64,000 nucleotides of DNA, from NCBI GenBank assembly GCA_030390025.1, contig JASTWF010000367.1:186001-250000 (forward strand), written 5' to 3'. Positions 33,223-43,429 of the stretch are shown piece after piece; positions within the stretch are counted from its first letter, which is position 1; every line of letters begins with the position of its first letter. The notes under the pieces were generated by a model. The model was given only the letters and a program-made list of their open reading frames with translations. It had not been told where the DNA came from and ran no database searches. Source of the DNA: Squalus acanthias (Eukaryota). The position numbers and the translations under genes are program-made.

Positions 33223-33867
33223 GGATGAGCTCACAAATATCAGGCGCTGTGCGGGTCTGGTCAAAGTCAAACCTCTCCTTTCTCATTCAATAGAGGAAGA
33301 AGAGACTCAACGGGAGTCAGACGGCAGAAAGATTCATAAATAGAACAAAGAAAGACACAAATACAAGTAACACCCACTTTCCAAACAATTTCACTGTGAA
33401 ATTATTGCTCTCGGGGCTAGTGGGTCAATAACCGGATGTCATAGATTTAAAATCATTGGCCAAAGATCTAGAGGGGAGATGAGGAGATCTTTTTCACTCA
33501 GCGAGTTGTCGGGATCGGGAACGCTCGACCTGAACAGATGGTGGAAGCTGATTCCATCAATAATTTTAAAGGGCGTTTCACAGGTACTTGAGGATGAGGA
33601 ACTTACAGGGTTAGGGACAAAAAGCGGGGCTGTGGGAATAAGCACGGCTGCTCTTTCTAAACCAGCTCGGGCACGACGGGCCGAATGTCCTCCTCCTGTG
33701 CTGTGAGTTACTATTATTCTATATATACACACCCACAGTTTATATTTTCACATGGCCTTGATTGCAGTTCTGTTATCTACACGCCGAAAGTGTAATTATT
33801 TTTCGGAAGCTGCTCGACCTGTTGTGTATTTTGAGTAGTTTCCTAGTTTACTTCGCTCTGGTGTGGG

Positions 33868-33939
33868 GACCCCGTGACGCAACGGTAGCGCGTCTAACTC
33901 CAGATCAGAAGGCTGTGTGTTCAAATCACGTCGGATTCA
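33868..33939 (+). tRNA. tRNA-Trp(CCA), probably pseudogene
   Basis: GACCCCGTGACGCAACGGTAGCGCGTCTAACTCCAGATCAGAAGGCTGTGTGTTCAAATCACGTCGGATTCA. Full length, with mismatches in the acceptor, D and anticodon stems. TTTT 7 nt downstream. Confidence 0.88.
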
Positions 33940-34654
33940 GAGCTGTTTTCAGCGTTGATTGAACTCTGGATAATTCAGTGAGAACATTTTCTTTGCTTTT
34001 CCACAATATACAGATCCTTACTATAAAGTTTGTCTCACTAGTTCCCCAGTGTCAGGTAGAGAAGCGCCAGATACCCTCATTTATTTAATGTAACAAACAG
34101 ACACAACACACTTGTTCAGTAAAGTGTTCCACACAGCTTAATAAACCCTGGCCCCTCCCCACTTCCAGTGGATCTTCCAATGTGCTTCATAGAATGAGGC
34201 CATTAAGCCCATCCTGTCTGTGCCGGCTCTTTGAAAGAACTGTCCAATTTAGTGCCACACCCCAGCGTTTATCCCCATAACCCTGCTAATGATTTCTCTT
34301 CAAATACATGTCCAACTGCCTTTTGAATGTTTCTATGGAATCTGATTCCACCATCCTTTCAGGTAATGCGTTCCAGATCTTAACAACCCTCGGTGTGAAA
34401 AAAAATCTCCTAATCTGCCCTCTAGTTCTTTTGCCAATTATTTTAAATCTATGAACTTTGGTTGTCGATCCACTCGGCCTACTTGCTAAATCAAAAAATC
34501 TCATAATTTTGAACACCTCTAGTAAGTAATTCCCGTACCCTTCTCTGAGGAGTACAATACCAGGGTAAGTTTTCCAATGGGAACAAATCGACTACGAAGC
34601 AGCTGCAACTAATTCCACAAAATACAATTGCACGGAAACGTGAAAACATCTGCG

Positions 34655-34719
34655 TGTCAGAAGTGGGATTCTGAGACTGCGGCCTGAACGCAGGAGCTCG
34701 ACCGCTCGGCCATCCTGAC
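34655..34719 (-). pseudogene. tRNA-Leu(CAG) pseudogene with internal deletion
   Basis: Reverse complement GTCAGGATGGCCGAGCGGTC...TGCGTTCAGGCCGCAGTCTC-AGAATCCCACTTCTGACA; variable arm and 5' T-arm missing. Confidence 0.85.
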
Positions 34720-34984
34720 TCAAGGAGAGCCTCGTCAATATGCCTGAATTTCCTCACAGAGGCCCAAAGAATGTGCCACTCATTCTGGTCCTCCGTAAAT
34801 ACTGGAATTTTCAATGGCCCTGAATGACGTCACTTCTGTCCCACACTAAAAACTCTCAATCCTTCTACTCCGTTGCATTTTTACAGCCTATTTCACTGAT
34901 GGAAACCACAAAAGTCACACAGGAAATTGATTTTAAGTGATTAACGTTCTGATGGAGCTCTCGAATTGTCCTCCCCTAATCGAC

Positions 34985-37900
34985 TGAAACACGGACTTCA
35001 CTTGGCCAGTGCTGGGACTAGTGTCCTGGCGAATCGAATAACTAGGGCTGTGGAGAGGGCTTTAAACTAATTAGTGGGGGGGAGGTTTCAAGAGAGCAAA
35101 AAATAAAAATGACAACAGAGAGGGTCATAGACATAGGTAGCAGTAGGGGAATCACAAATCAGAGCGTGGCAGGAAGGGACAGAGTGTGTGGAGTAAAAGG
35201 TAAACTGGTAAAAAGTGAAAAAGCAGGAACTAAGTGCCACAAAGCATATTTGAAAGTTCTCTATCTGAATGCACGTAGCATTCGTAACAAAATAGACGAG
35301 TTAATGGCACAAATAACTACATATGGTTATGATATTGTGGCCATTACAGAAACATGGCTGCAGGGTGACAATGCCTGGGAATTAAACATACCAGGTTATT
35401 TAACGATCAGGAAGGACAGGCAGGAAGGAAGGGGAGGTGGGGTGGCTATGTTAATAAATAAAGGAGTCACTGTAATACAGAGTAATGATATTGGGTCAAA
35501 AAATCATGATAATGAAACAGTTTGGGTGGAGATAAGGAATAATAAGGGGAAAAAAACATTAGTGGGCGTAGTCTATAGGCCTCCGAACAGTTGCAACTCT
35601 ATTGGACGGAGTATCAATCAGGAAATAGTTGAGGCATGTAATAAGGGAACATCTATAATTATGGGGGATTTTAACTATCATATTAATTGGACAAATCAAA
35701 TGGGGCAGGGCTGCCTTGAGGATGAGTTCATTGAGTGTATTAGGGATGGGTTTCTTGAGCAGTATGTAACTGAACCGACCAGGGGGCAAGCAACCTTAGA
35801 TCTGGTCCTGTGTAACGAGACAGGATTAATTAAAAATGTCCTAGTAAAGGATCCCCTTGGAATGAGTGACCATAACATGGTTGAATTCCATATTCAATTA
35901 GAGGGTGAGAAGGTTGGATCTCAAACAAGCGTGCTAAGCTTGAATAAAGGAGACTATGAAGGTATGCGAGCGGAATTGAGTAGAGTGGATTGGGAAAATA
36001 GATTAAAGGGTAAGACGACACATGATCAGTGGTGTACATTCAAGGAGTTATTTTACAACTTCCAAAAAAAATATATTCCACTGAAAAGAAAAGTGTGTAA
36101 AAGAAAGGACAGTCATCCGTGGCTAAGTAAAGAAATTAAGGATAGTATTCGACTAAAAACAAGGGCATATAAGGTAGCGAAATCTAGTGGGAGGACAGAG
36201 GATTGGGAAAACTTTAAAAGGCAGCAAAAAATAACAAAAAGATTGATTAAGAAAGGGAAGATAGATTATGAAAGTAAATTAGCAAAAAATATAAAAACAG
36301 ATAGTAAGAGTTTTTATAGTTATATAAAAAGAAAAAGGGTGGCTAAAGTAAATGTTGGTCCCTTAGAGGATGAGACCGGGAAATTAATGGTGGGAAATAT
36401 GGAGATGGCAAAAACACTGAATGAATATTTTGTATCAGTCTTTACAGTAGAGGACACTAAGAATATCCCAACACTGTACAAACAGGGGGCTATAGGGGGA
36501 GAGGAGCTAAACACGATCAAAATCACTAAGGAAGTGGTACTCGGTAAAATAATGGGACTCAAGGCGGATAAATCACCTGGACCTGATGGCTTACATCCTA
36601 GAGTCTTGAAGGAAGTGGCGGTAGGGATTGTAGATGCATTGGTAATAATTTTTCAAAACTCCCTGGATTCCGCTAAGGTCCCGGCAGACTGGAAAACTGC
36701 TAATGTAACACCCTTATTTAAAAAGGGCAGTAGACAGAAGGCTGGTAACTATAGACCGGTTAGCCTAACATCTGTGGTAGGTAAAATTTTGGAGTCCATT
36801 ATTAAGGAAACAGTAACAGGACATTTGGATAATCATAATTTAATAGGACAAAGTCAGCATGGTTTTACGAAGGGGAAGTCATGTTTGACAAATTTGCTGG
36901 AGGTCTTTGAGGAAGTAACATATAGAGTGGATAAAGGGGAACCAGTGGACGTAGTGTATTTAGACTTCCAAAAGGCATTTGACAAGGTGCCACACAAAAG
37001 ATTATTGCTTAAGGTAAAACATCACGGGATTGGGGGTAATATTCTGGCATGGATAGAGGATTGGCTATCTAACAGAAAGCAAAGAGTTGGGATAAATGGT
37101 TCATTATCAGACTGGCAATCAGTAACTAGTGGTGTTCCACAGGGGTCAGTGCTGGGTCCCCAACTCTTCACAATCTATATTAACGATTTGGAGGAAGGGA
37201 CCAAGTGTAACATATCAAAATTTGCAGATGATACAAAGATGGGAGGGAAAGTAGTGAGTGAGGAGGACATAAAAAACCTGCAAGGGGACATAGACAGGCT
37301 AAGTAAGTGGGCAGAGATTTGGCAGATGGAATACAACACTGGAAAGTGTGAGGTGATGCACTTTGGCAGGAAAAATCCTAGAGCAATTTATTATCTTAAT
37401 GGCAAGAAACTGGAGAGTACTGAAGTGCAAAGGGATCTGGGGGTCCTGGTGCACGAAACTCAAAAGGTTAGTATGCAGGTGCAGCAAGTGATTAAGAAGG
37501 CAAATGGAATGTTGGCTTTCATTGCTAGGGGGATAGAATATAAAAATAGGGAGGTATTGCTTCAGTTGTACAAGGTATTCGTGAGACCGCACCTGGAATA
37601 CTGCATACAGTTTTGGTGTCCTTACTTAAGGAAAGACATCCTTGCTCTCGAGGCAGTGCAAAAAAGGTTCACTCGGTTAATCCCGGGGATGAGAGGGTGG
37701 TCATATGAGGAGAGGTTGGGTAGATTGGGACTCTACGCATTGGAGTTCAGAAGAATGAGAGGCGATCTTATTGAAACATATAAGATTGTGAAGGGGTTGG
37801 ATCGGGTGGATGCGTGGAGGATGTTCCCGATGACGGGTGAGACGAGAACTAGGGGACATAGTCTTAGAATAAGGGGCTGCTCTTTCAAAACTGAGATGAG

Positions 37901-37992
37901 GAGGAACTACTTCACTCAGAGGGTGGTAGGTCCATGGAATATGCTGCCACAAAAAGCTGTAGGAGCTACAACATTAATTAAATTTAAAACTT
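34985..37992 (+). mobile_element. CR1 LINE, young, truncated at both ends
   Basis: Tail of ORF1 esterase (GLHLASAGTSVLANRITRAVERALN*) followed by ORF2. Similarity to the other CR1 copies stops at ~37990, before the normal ORF2 stop and 3' UTR. Confidence 0.92.
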
Positions 37993-38045
37993 ATTCTCGC
38001 TGGCTTCCTTTTAATAGAATCATAGAATTATATAATTATACATAA
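35109..38045 (+). CDS. CR1 ORF2: APE endonuclease and reverse transcriptase, uninterrupted 978 aa
   Basis: YLNARSIRNK, ITETWL, VYRPP, MGDFN, LDL, SDHN, KSPGPDG, NYRPVSL, QHGF, LDFQKAFD, GVPQGSVLGP, FADDT. The last ~18 residues are read-through into flanking DNA. Confidence 0.95.
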   Translation: MTTERVIDIGSSRGITNQSVAGRDRVCGVKGKLVKSEKAGTKCHKAYLKVLYLNARSIRNKIDELMAQITTYGYDIVAITETWLQGDNAWELNIPGYLTIRKDRQEGRGGGVAMLINKGVTVIQSNDIGSKNHDNETVWVEIRNNKGKKTLVGVVYRPPNSCNSIGRSINQEIVEACNKGTSIIMGDFNYHINWTNQMGQGCLEDEFIECIRDGFLEQYVTEPTRGQATLDLVLCNETGLIKNVLVKDPLGMSDHNMVEFHIQLEGEKVGSQTSVLSLNKGDYEGMRAELSRVDWENRLKGKTTHDQWCTFKELFYNFQKKYIPLKRKVCKRKDSHPWLSKEIKDSIRLKTRAYKVAKSSGRTEDWENFKRQQKITKRLIKKGKIDYESKLAKNIKTDSKSFYSYIKRKRVAKVNVGPLEDETGKLMVGNMEMAKTLNEYFVSVFTVEDTKNIPTLYKQGAIGGEELNTIKITKEVVLGKIMGLKADKSPGPDGLHPRVLKEVAVGIVDALVIIFQNSLDSAKVPADWKTANVTPLFKKGSRQKAGNYRPVSLTSVVGKILESIIKETVTGHLDNHNLIGQSQHGFTKGKSCLTNLLEVFEEVTYRVDKGEPVDVVYLDFQKAFDKVPHKRLLLKVKHHGIGGNILAWIEDWLSNRKQRVGINGSLSDWQSVTSGVPQGSVLGPQLFTIYINDLEEGTKCNISKFADDTKMGGKVVSEEDIKNLQGDIDRLSKWAEIWQMEYNTGKCEVMHFGRKNPRAIYYLNGKKLESTEVQRDLGVLVHETQKVSMQVQQVIKKANGMLAFIARGIEYKNREVLLQLYKVFVRPHLEYCIQFWCPYLRKDILALEAVQKRFTRLIPGMRGWSYEERLGRLGLYALEFRRMRGDLIETYKIVKGLDRVDAWRMFPMTGETRTRGHSLRIRGCSFKTEMRRNYFTQRVVGPWNMLPQKAVGATTLIKFKTYSRWLPFNRIIELYNYT

Positions 38046-38827
38046 CAGCACAGAAGGAGGTCATTCGGCCCATCGTGCCTGTGCCGGATCGTTGGTAGTG
38101 CTGTCCAATTAATCTCAGTCCCTTTCTATTTCCCAACAGCCCACGAAAAATTATCTTCAATTATTTATTCTGTTCTCCTTTGAAAGTTACTATTGGTTCT
38201 GCTTCCACCGCCCTTTCAGGCAGTGCATTCCAGATCTCAACAAATGGCTATGTATAAAAAAATTCACCTCTGTTTCTTCCTCGACCTGGACAGGCCGCTC
38301 TCGGTCCCCAGGACCTGGCCATTCTAATTCTGAGACTGCAGCCAGTTTTGTTCGGACAGAGTTTTGACTGGAACGTCACACCTGCCTCGCAAAGACAATG
38401 AAGCAGAGGAGGTTGTAACCTCAGAGTGTCTGAGGCCCGTCAGAAATGTTTGTGTATCTGAATCCCGAACTCTTCCTGTTCCTTTTAAAGCTTTAACCAT
38501 TTATTATACATTACTTGAAGTGGAAAACTACAGGGCTGTGGGGAAAGAGCTGGGGAGTGGGATTAAATGGATAGCTCTCACAGTGAGGGCACAGGCACAA
38601 TGGGCTGAATGATCTCCTTCTGTGCGTTATCATTCTATAACTGTATGATTCCGCGGCACCTACAATGCTGTCTCTTCACTTACAGTGAAGCGGAGGAGGG
38701 CTTTCAATCTTAAATCGGAACTATAATATTAAGCGAAAGGTGCTGCGTATTCAGCGAAGTGACACTGCCGCTGGAATTCAGAGCTGGGGGCCGCCGTGAA
38801 AGCAACGTGAAAGGTTGGAAAAATATT

Positions 38828-38900
38828 CACCCAACGGGGAGCTCGAACCAACGACTCTGAAATTAAGAGTCTGATGCTCTTCTGACTGAACTAGCCGGGC
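38828..38900 (-). tRNA. tRNA-Lys(CTT), probably pseudogene
   Basis: Reverse complement GCCCGGCTAGTTCAGTCAGAAGAGCATCAGACTCTTAATTTCAGAGTCGTTGGTTCGAGCTCCCCGTTGGGTG. 73 nt, several stem mismatches, D-loop GG lost. Confidence 0.88.
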
Positions 38901-39581
38901 CTGGTTAAACTTACCGTCCTTGTCGCTTATTACAGCGCGGCACCTGTTGGCTCCGCCCCACGGGTTCAGATTGTTCGACAAACCACGTACCAGGTCCTCC
39001 TGAATTCCAAGGTGTAGAAGGAAGTCAACCATCAAACCATTCATTGATCACTGGAGTTCAGGCAATGTTCTGATGGCCTTTGTCCTTGTCAATGGGCCAG
39101 AAATTCGCCTCTCCGGCTTGCCGCGGGGGTAAGGATCGCGAGCGCTCTTACCTACCGCGTCTGCCGTTCTGCTTTTGGCCACAGGAACTTCGGATTTTTT
39201 GAAGAGCACTCCCGGGCAGCGTCTGACGTCACACCGCCCTGGAGCGCAGCGTGCGCGGAGCCTCCGGAGCGGAGGGCACTGAAGACACGCCCTCCGAAGT
39301 CACATTTGCATAGGCCAGGCCACCAATTTTTTTCACATGCTGGCAAGCTTTGGAAATAGCAGAACAGGATTTCCAGCATCTGCAGTATTTTGCTATCAAC
39401 AGTAATTGTCTCTTTGTATTTTAATGCATGTTTTGCTAACTTTTACAAACTTTTAAAGACTTTTACATGAATTGGAAGAATTTTAAACAGTTTTAAAGAG
39501 ATTTAAAGTAATTTAAATAGTTTTAAAAGCCCTGAAAGCATTTTTTTCATTCATTTTATTTTATTAAATCAGCAAAGTGAA

Positions 39582-41327
39582 ATGGCTGGAATGAGCACAG
39601 TTCACATCATTAAGAGAACTCACAATTTCAGTGGCGATGATCTAAGCACACTCCTCAACGAGGTTGAGGCAAAGCGCCTGCGGATCATTGGAACTGAGAA
39701 GTCGAAGTCGCTGGGAAAAGGGCAGATGTTAGCTTGGACTGAAGTTGCCCAGGCTGTCAGCGTGAACTCCACCATTACACGGACAGCGGAACAATGCCGC
39801 AAGAAATTCAGTGATTTATTGCGATCTGTCAAGGTTTGTATAGTTATTACAAAAGTCAACCGTAAAATGTCTTTAAATTTAACTGAACTAGTTTTAAAAA
39901 TATATATGTCGTGTTTGTTTACTCAAGTGACTTCATTGCAGGCACATAAGCTTGCCATACATTTTTATGGCTTTGGGGCAGCTCAGGGTCATCCATTGTG
40001 CTCTTATCCTGATTCCACTGGTTTGATTTGTTTAGTGAGTTAAAAAAAGTAACCCTGTCTGCAGAGCAGGCTATGTCCATGTTTCAAATGCAAGTGGGTG
40101 TAATCTGCAGAAAAAGCTGACGTTTCATGACATTTCATATTTTCTGTTCTCATTTTAGAGTAAAACTGCTCACAACGCCAGAGAACGTGCACTGACAGGC
40201 GGTGGTGTTGTCACGTTAAGGGCTTTATCCGAACATGAGGAAAGGGTCGAGCATCTGTTTGGATTTAGTAGCGGCTGCCCCTTTGATGGTGTACGGACCG
40301 ACATTGGTATGCATAACCGTGAGTTATTCTGGCCAGCTATATGTTTAAAAATGTTAGATGTGTGTTGAATATCAGCTTCTGTGATGGATAAGCACATGGA
40401 GCACACCAGAGTGATAGGGAGTGTGATAGCTTGATCTTGGTCTCGGACAATGCTCGGCACAACATCGAGGGCCGAAGGGCCTGTACTGTGCTGTACTGTT
40501 CTATGTTCTATGTTCTATGCTTTACCTTTGCAAATGTTTACTGTTTCCTTTCCACAGGTGTACAGCAGACTTCTCACACACGGGATGAGCAGTGCGTTGT
40601 GTCTGCAGCCGCAGAGGGCATTGGGGAAGGGGTTGCTGAGGCAACGGGAGCAGTGAGTGAGGTGGTGGTGGTGGAGGAGCAGGAGCAACTTGTGCTTTGT
40701 GATCTAGTGGAAGAGGAGGGTATGGAACCTGGGTTGCTGGAGAAGTCCTCTCCATCTCCTGGCCCCTCTGGCTCTGTGCGAGCCAGACACCAGCTTGATA
40801 CTGCAGAGCATGTGGGAGAAGCAGAAATACATTCAACAGAACAGAATGGGTCACAAGGTCAGATGCAGCATATTGAAGGGTTGAGAAAATCGATATGTTC
40901 TCTTACTGAGAAGAAAGTTGACTCTCTTGCCTCGATCAAGCAAGGAATTGATTATATTGGCATGACACTTAATCAAATAAATGAGTCTGTCGTTGGACTC
41001 TTGCACAAACCAGATGTTGGAATGGGGCTTAATCAAATAAATGAGTCTCTCGTTGGATTCTTGCATATGCTTAAACCACTTTCTGCTGCCATTTCTTTGA
41101 CTCCTGCAGAACCGCCCGTACCTGTTCCCAGCGCAGAAACAGTGCGGGCCCAAGAGCCAGCTGCTCCTCCAGTCGTGATGCAAGCAAACGTTGCCTTGCA
41201 GCAGCAACAGAAGCAGCAACCCTGTCAGGAGGCAATTGCTGAAGGGCAAGAAATGGCACACAGGGGCCTTTCACTTGGCAGCAGAGGGCTCCGGTCACGG
41301 GGAGCGGGAAAGCGCAGGAGACAGTAG
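39582..41327 (+). CDS. Harbinger Myb/SANT-like (MSANTD/NAIF1-type) protein, 3 exons, 389 aa, intact
   Basis: Exons 39582-39833, 40159-40306 and 40558-41327 with GT/AG and compatible phases (252+148+770=1170 nt). Motifs NFSGDDLSTLL, WTEVAQAV, RTAEQCRKKFSDL, AHNARERALTGGG; basic C-terminus GKRRRQ. Confidence 0.85.
40390..40520 (+). mobile_element. CR1 3' tail in intron 2 of the Myb gene
   Basis: GGGCCGAAGGGCCTGTACTGTGCTGTACTG followed by a TTCTATG repeat tail. Confidence 0.75.
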
Positions 41328-41851
41328 GTGTCACCTTTTCCACAATGCACATCCATTGACCCTCAGGCACAGATGCGAGGGGGCAAATCGTTCAATTGTT
41401 TAATTTTTCGTTTTATTTAAATGTTAAATGTTTTCATTGCTTTTTTTATTGAAATATATATTTGTGACTGAAAGTGTATGTAACCTTTTCATGAAAAAGT
41501 ACAGCTTCTAGTCACTTTGAAAAAATTCAACTTTTTTATTTGCAAAAAAATTTAACATTACAACTGTTTGAAATTTAGAAAATAGCTAGTTTCCATCTTG
41601 AATGTCTTTATTGCGCTAAGAAACCAAATAAGTCACTTTAAACTGTTTATAAATTTTATTCGAAACTATTTATGTTTACGAATGTTTGAAAAGTATAAAA
41701 TAGCTAGTTAACATTTAAAGGATATAAACTATGTACATCAAAACTGAACCTGAAAAGTCCTTGATGCTGCAATAAAAGTTCACTGTTTCACTTTAAATTG
41801 TGTCTTTTCCTTTCTTTGCCTTGCTGGGGGAGGGGGAGGTACAAGGCGACA

Positions 41852-42962
41852 CTACCTCGTGAAGGTGTTGGCTACTAGCTGTACCCGAGCATTCTTACTT
41901 TCAGCAGAACTTGGCTCCTCCCCATCATGCCTGGCCACAGGCACATTGGCATCGTCCACGTCCTCCATTTCAGCAGGTAGTTTCTCTGCAGCGTTAAGGG
42001 TCAGTCCTACCCGCAGGGCAAAGTTTCTAAGGGGAATACTGCAAGGTCCCCCCTGACCTGTCCAGGCACCGGAAGCGTGATTTCAGAACTCCGATTGTCC
42101 TCTCCACCACATGCCGTGTGGACACGTGTGCCTGGTTGTATCTCTCCTGAGCCTCATTACTTGTCTTGCGGTAGGGAGTCATCAGCCATGGTCTTAGCGG
42201 GTAGCCCTTGTCGCCCAATATCCATGCGGATCCTGGAGGCAATGCGCTGAGGCCGCCATATAAGTTTGAGTTACGGAGGACGAAGGAGTCATGATTACTT
42301 CCCCGGTGCTCTGCATTCATGTTTAGGATCCTGAGGTGCGCATCACAGACTATCATGACATTCAATGAATGAAACCCCTTCCTGTTGATGACTGTCACAG
42401 GTGCATCCATTGGTGTCTTCAATGCAATATGGGTTCCATCTATGGCCCCAATCACTTTGGGGAATCCAGCAATGGTATAAAATGCAAGGGCCATCTCCTT
42501 TTGATGGCGAGTGGACAAGTCAAAGTCAATGAACTCTGAAGCCCTACGGAAAATGGCATCTGTGACCTGGTGAATGCAGGCCCTCGCAGCATTCTTGGAG
42601 ATGTTGGTAATGTCACCGGTGCTTGCCTGAAATGACCCACTTGCAAAGAAGTTCAGTGCTGTGGTTACCTTCATGTTCACTGACAAGGCAATGCGGGTCT
42701 TCGAGCGTGTTTGAAGGTCCTCCTTTAACATTTCACAAAGTCGGCCGATTGCCTCTTTACTGAAGCGCAGCCTCCTCACACACAACTCCTCCGACAGCAT
42801 CTCAAATTACAGCCTCTCCCTGTACACTCTCTGGGGTGGGTAGTAGTTTCTCCTTCTCAGTAGGAGACGGTTATGGTTCCTCCATCTGTCTTGTTCCCTG
42901 GCATTTAAAATTGTCTGACGCAAAATCGCACAGAGGACCAGGACAGCATTCTCAAAGGGCAT
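41852..42962 (-). pseudogene. Harbinger transposase (HARBI1-like), inactivated
   Basis: [61 protein letters not shown]. In-frame TAA at ~42808, TAG at 42027, and loss of the CCxLH segment before NFALRVGL. Confidence 0.92.
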
Positions 42963-43429
42963 GTTTCTCCCTCACAGGCTTCCTCTTTAAACAGATAAAG
43001 TACTTGTAAGGAAAAAATGGAAAGGGTAGTTAAAGTTATTTTAATAAAGTGAGTGGCTAGAAAATCAGGTCGGGCTATGGTGGGAAACGTGCGGTATCGG
43101 ATTGGGAGCACGTCATACCCGCCTGATGAATATCACGGCCCGAGATGATTTTCCAGAACTGTAAAATTTTCAGAAAGTCATACATACATACTTACTTAAA
43201 GGAATATAATTGATGATCATTTTCTTTTTTTAAACTTTTGGAAATGTTAAATAATTCATTTTTAAACAGTCATTTTCATATTTAAGAAAAAAATCGAATT
43301 CAATTAGGCCTTGCACACAGCGAGAGTTGCTACACTACTACTAATGGTCAAAGCCCGTTTTAAATTTTGTTTTCCAATTGGATACTTACCTCAGACTTTA
43401 TGAAAAAAACTTTGCTCCATTTCAGAATT

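Larger units (their letters stand above)
39094..43141. mobile_element. Harbinger/PIF DNA transposon 2 (right boundary uncertain)
   Basis: Left end GGGCCAGAAATTC. Weak right end GAATATCACGGCCC. Convergent Myb/SANT (+) and transposase (-) genes. Confidence 0.85.

Noticed and set aside
40431..40557. N-terminal extension of the 298-aa ORF
   Set aside because: Intronic CR1 tail sequence; the true exon starts at the acceptor at 40558.
43382..43391. ATACTTACCT, identical to the U1 snRNA 5' end
   Set aside because: The following sequence does not match U1; it is simply the reverse complement of a splice-donor consensus.
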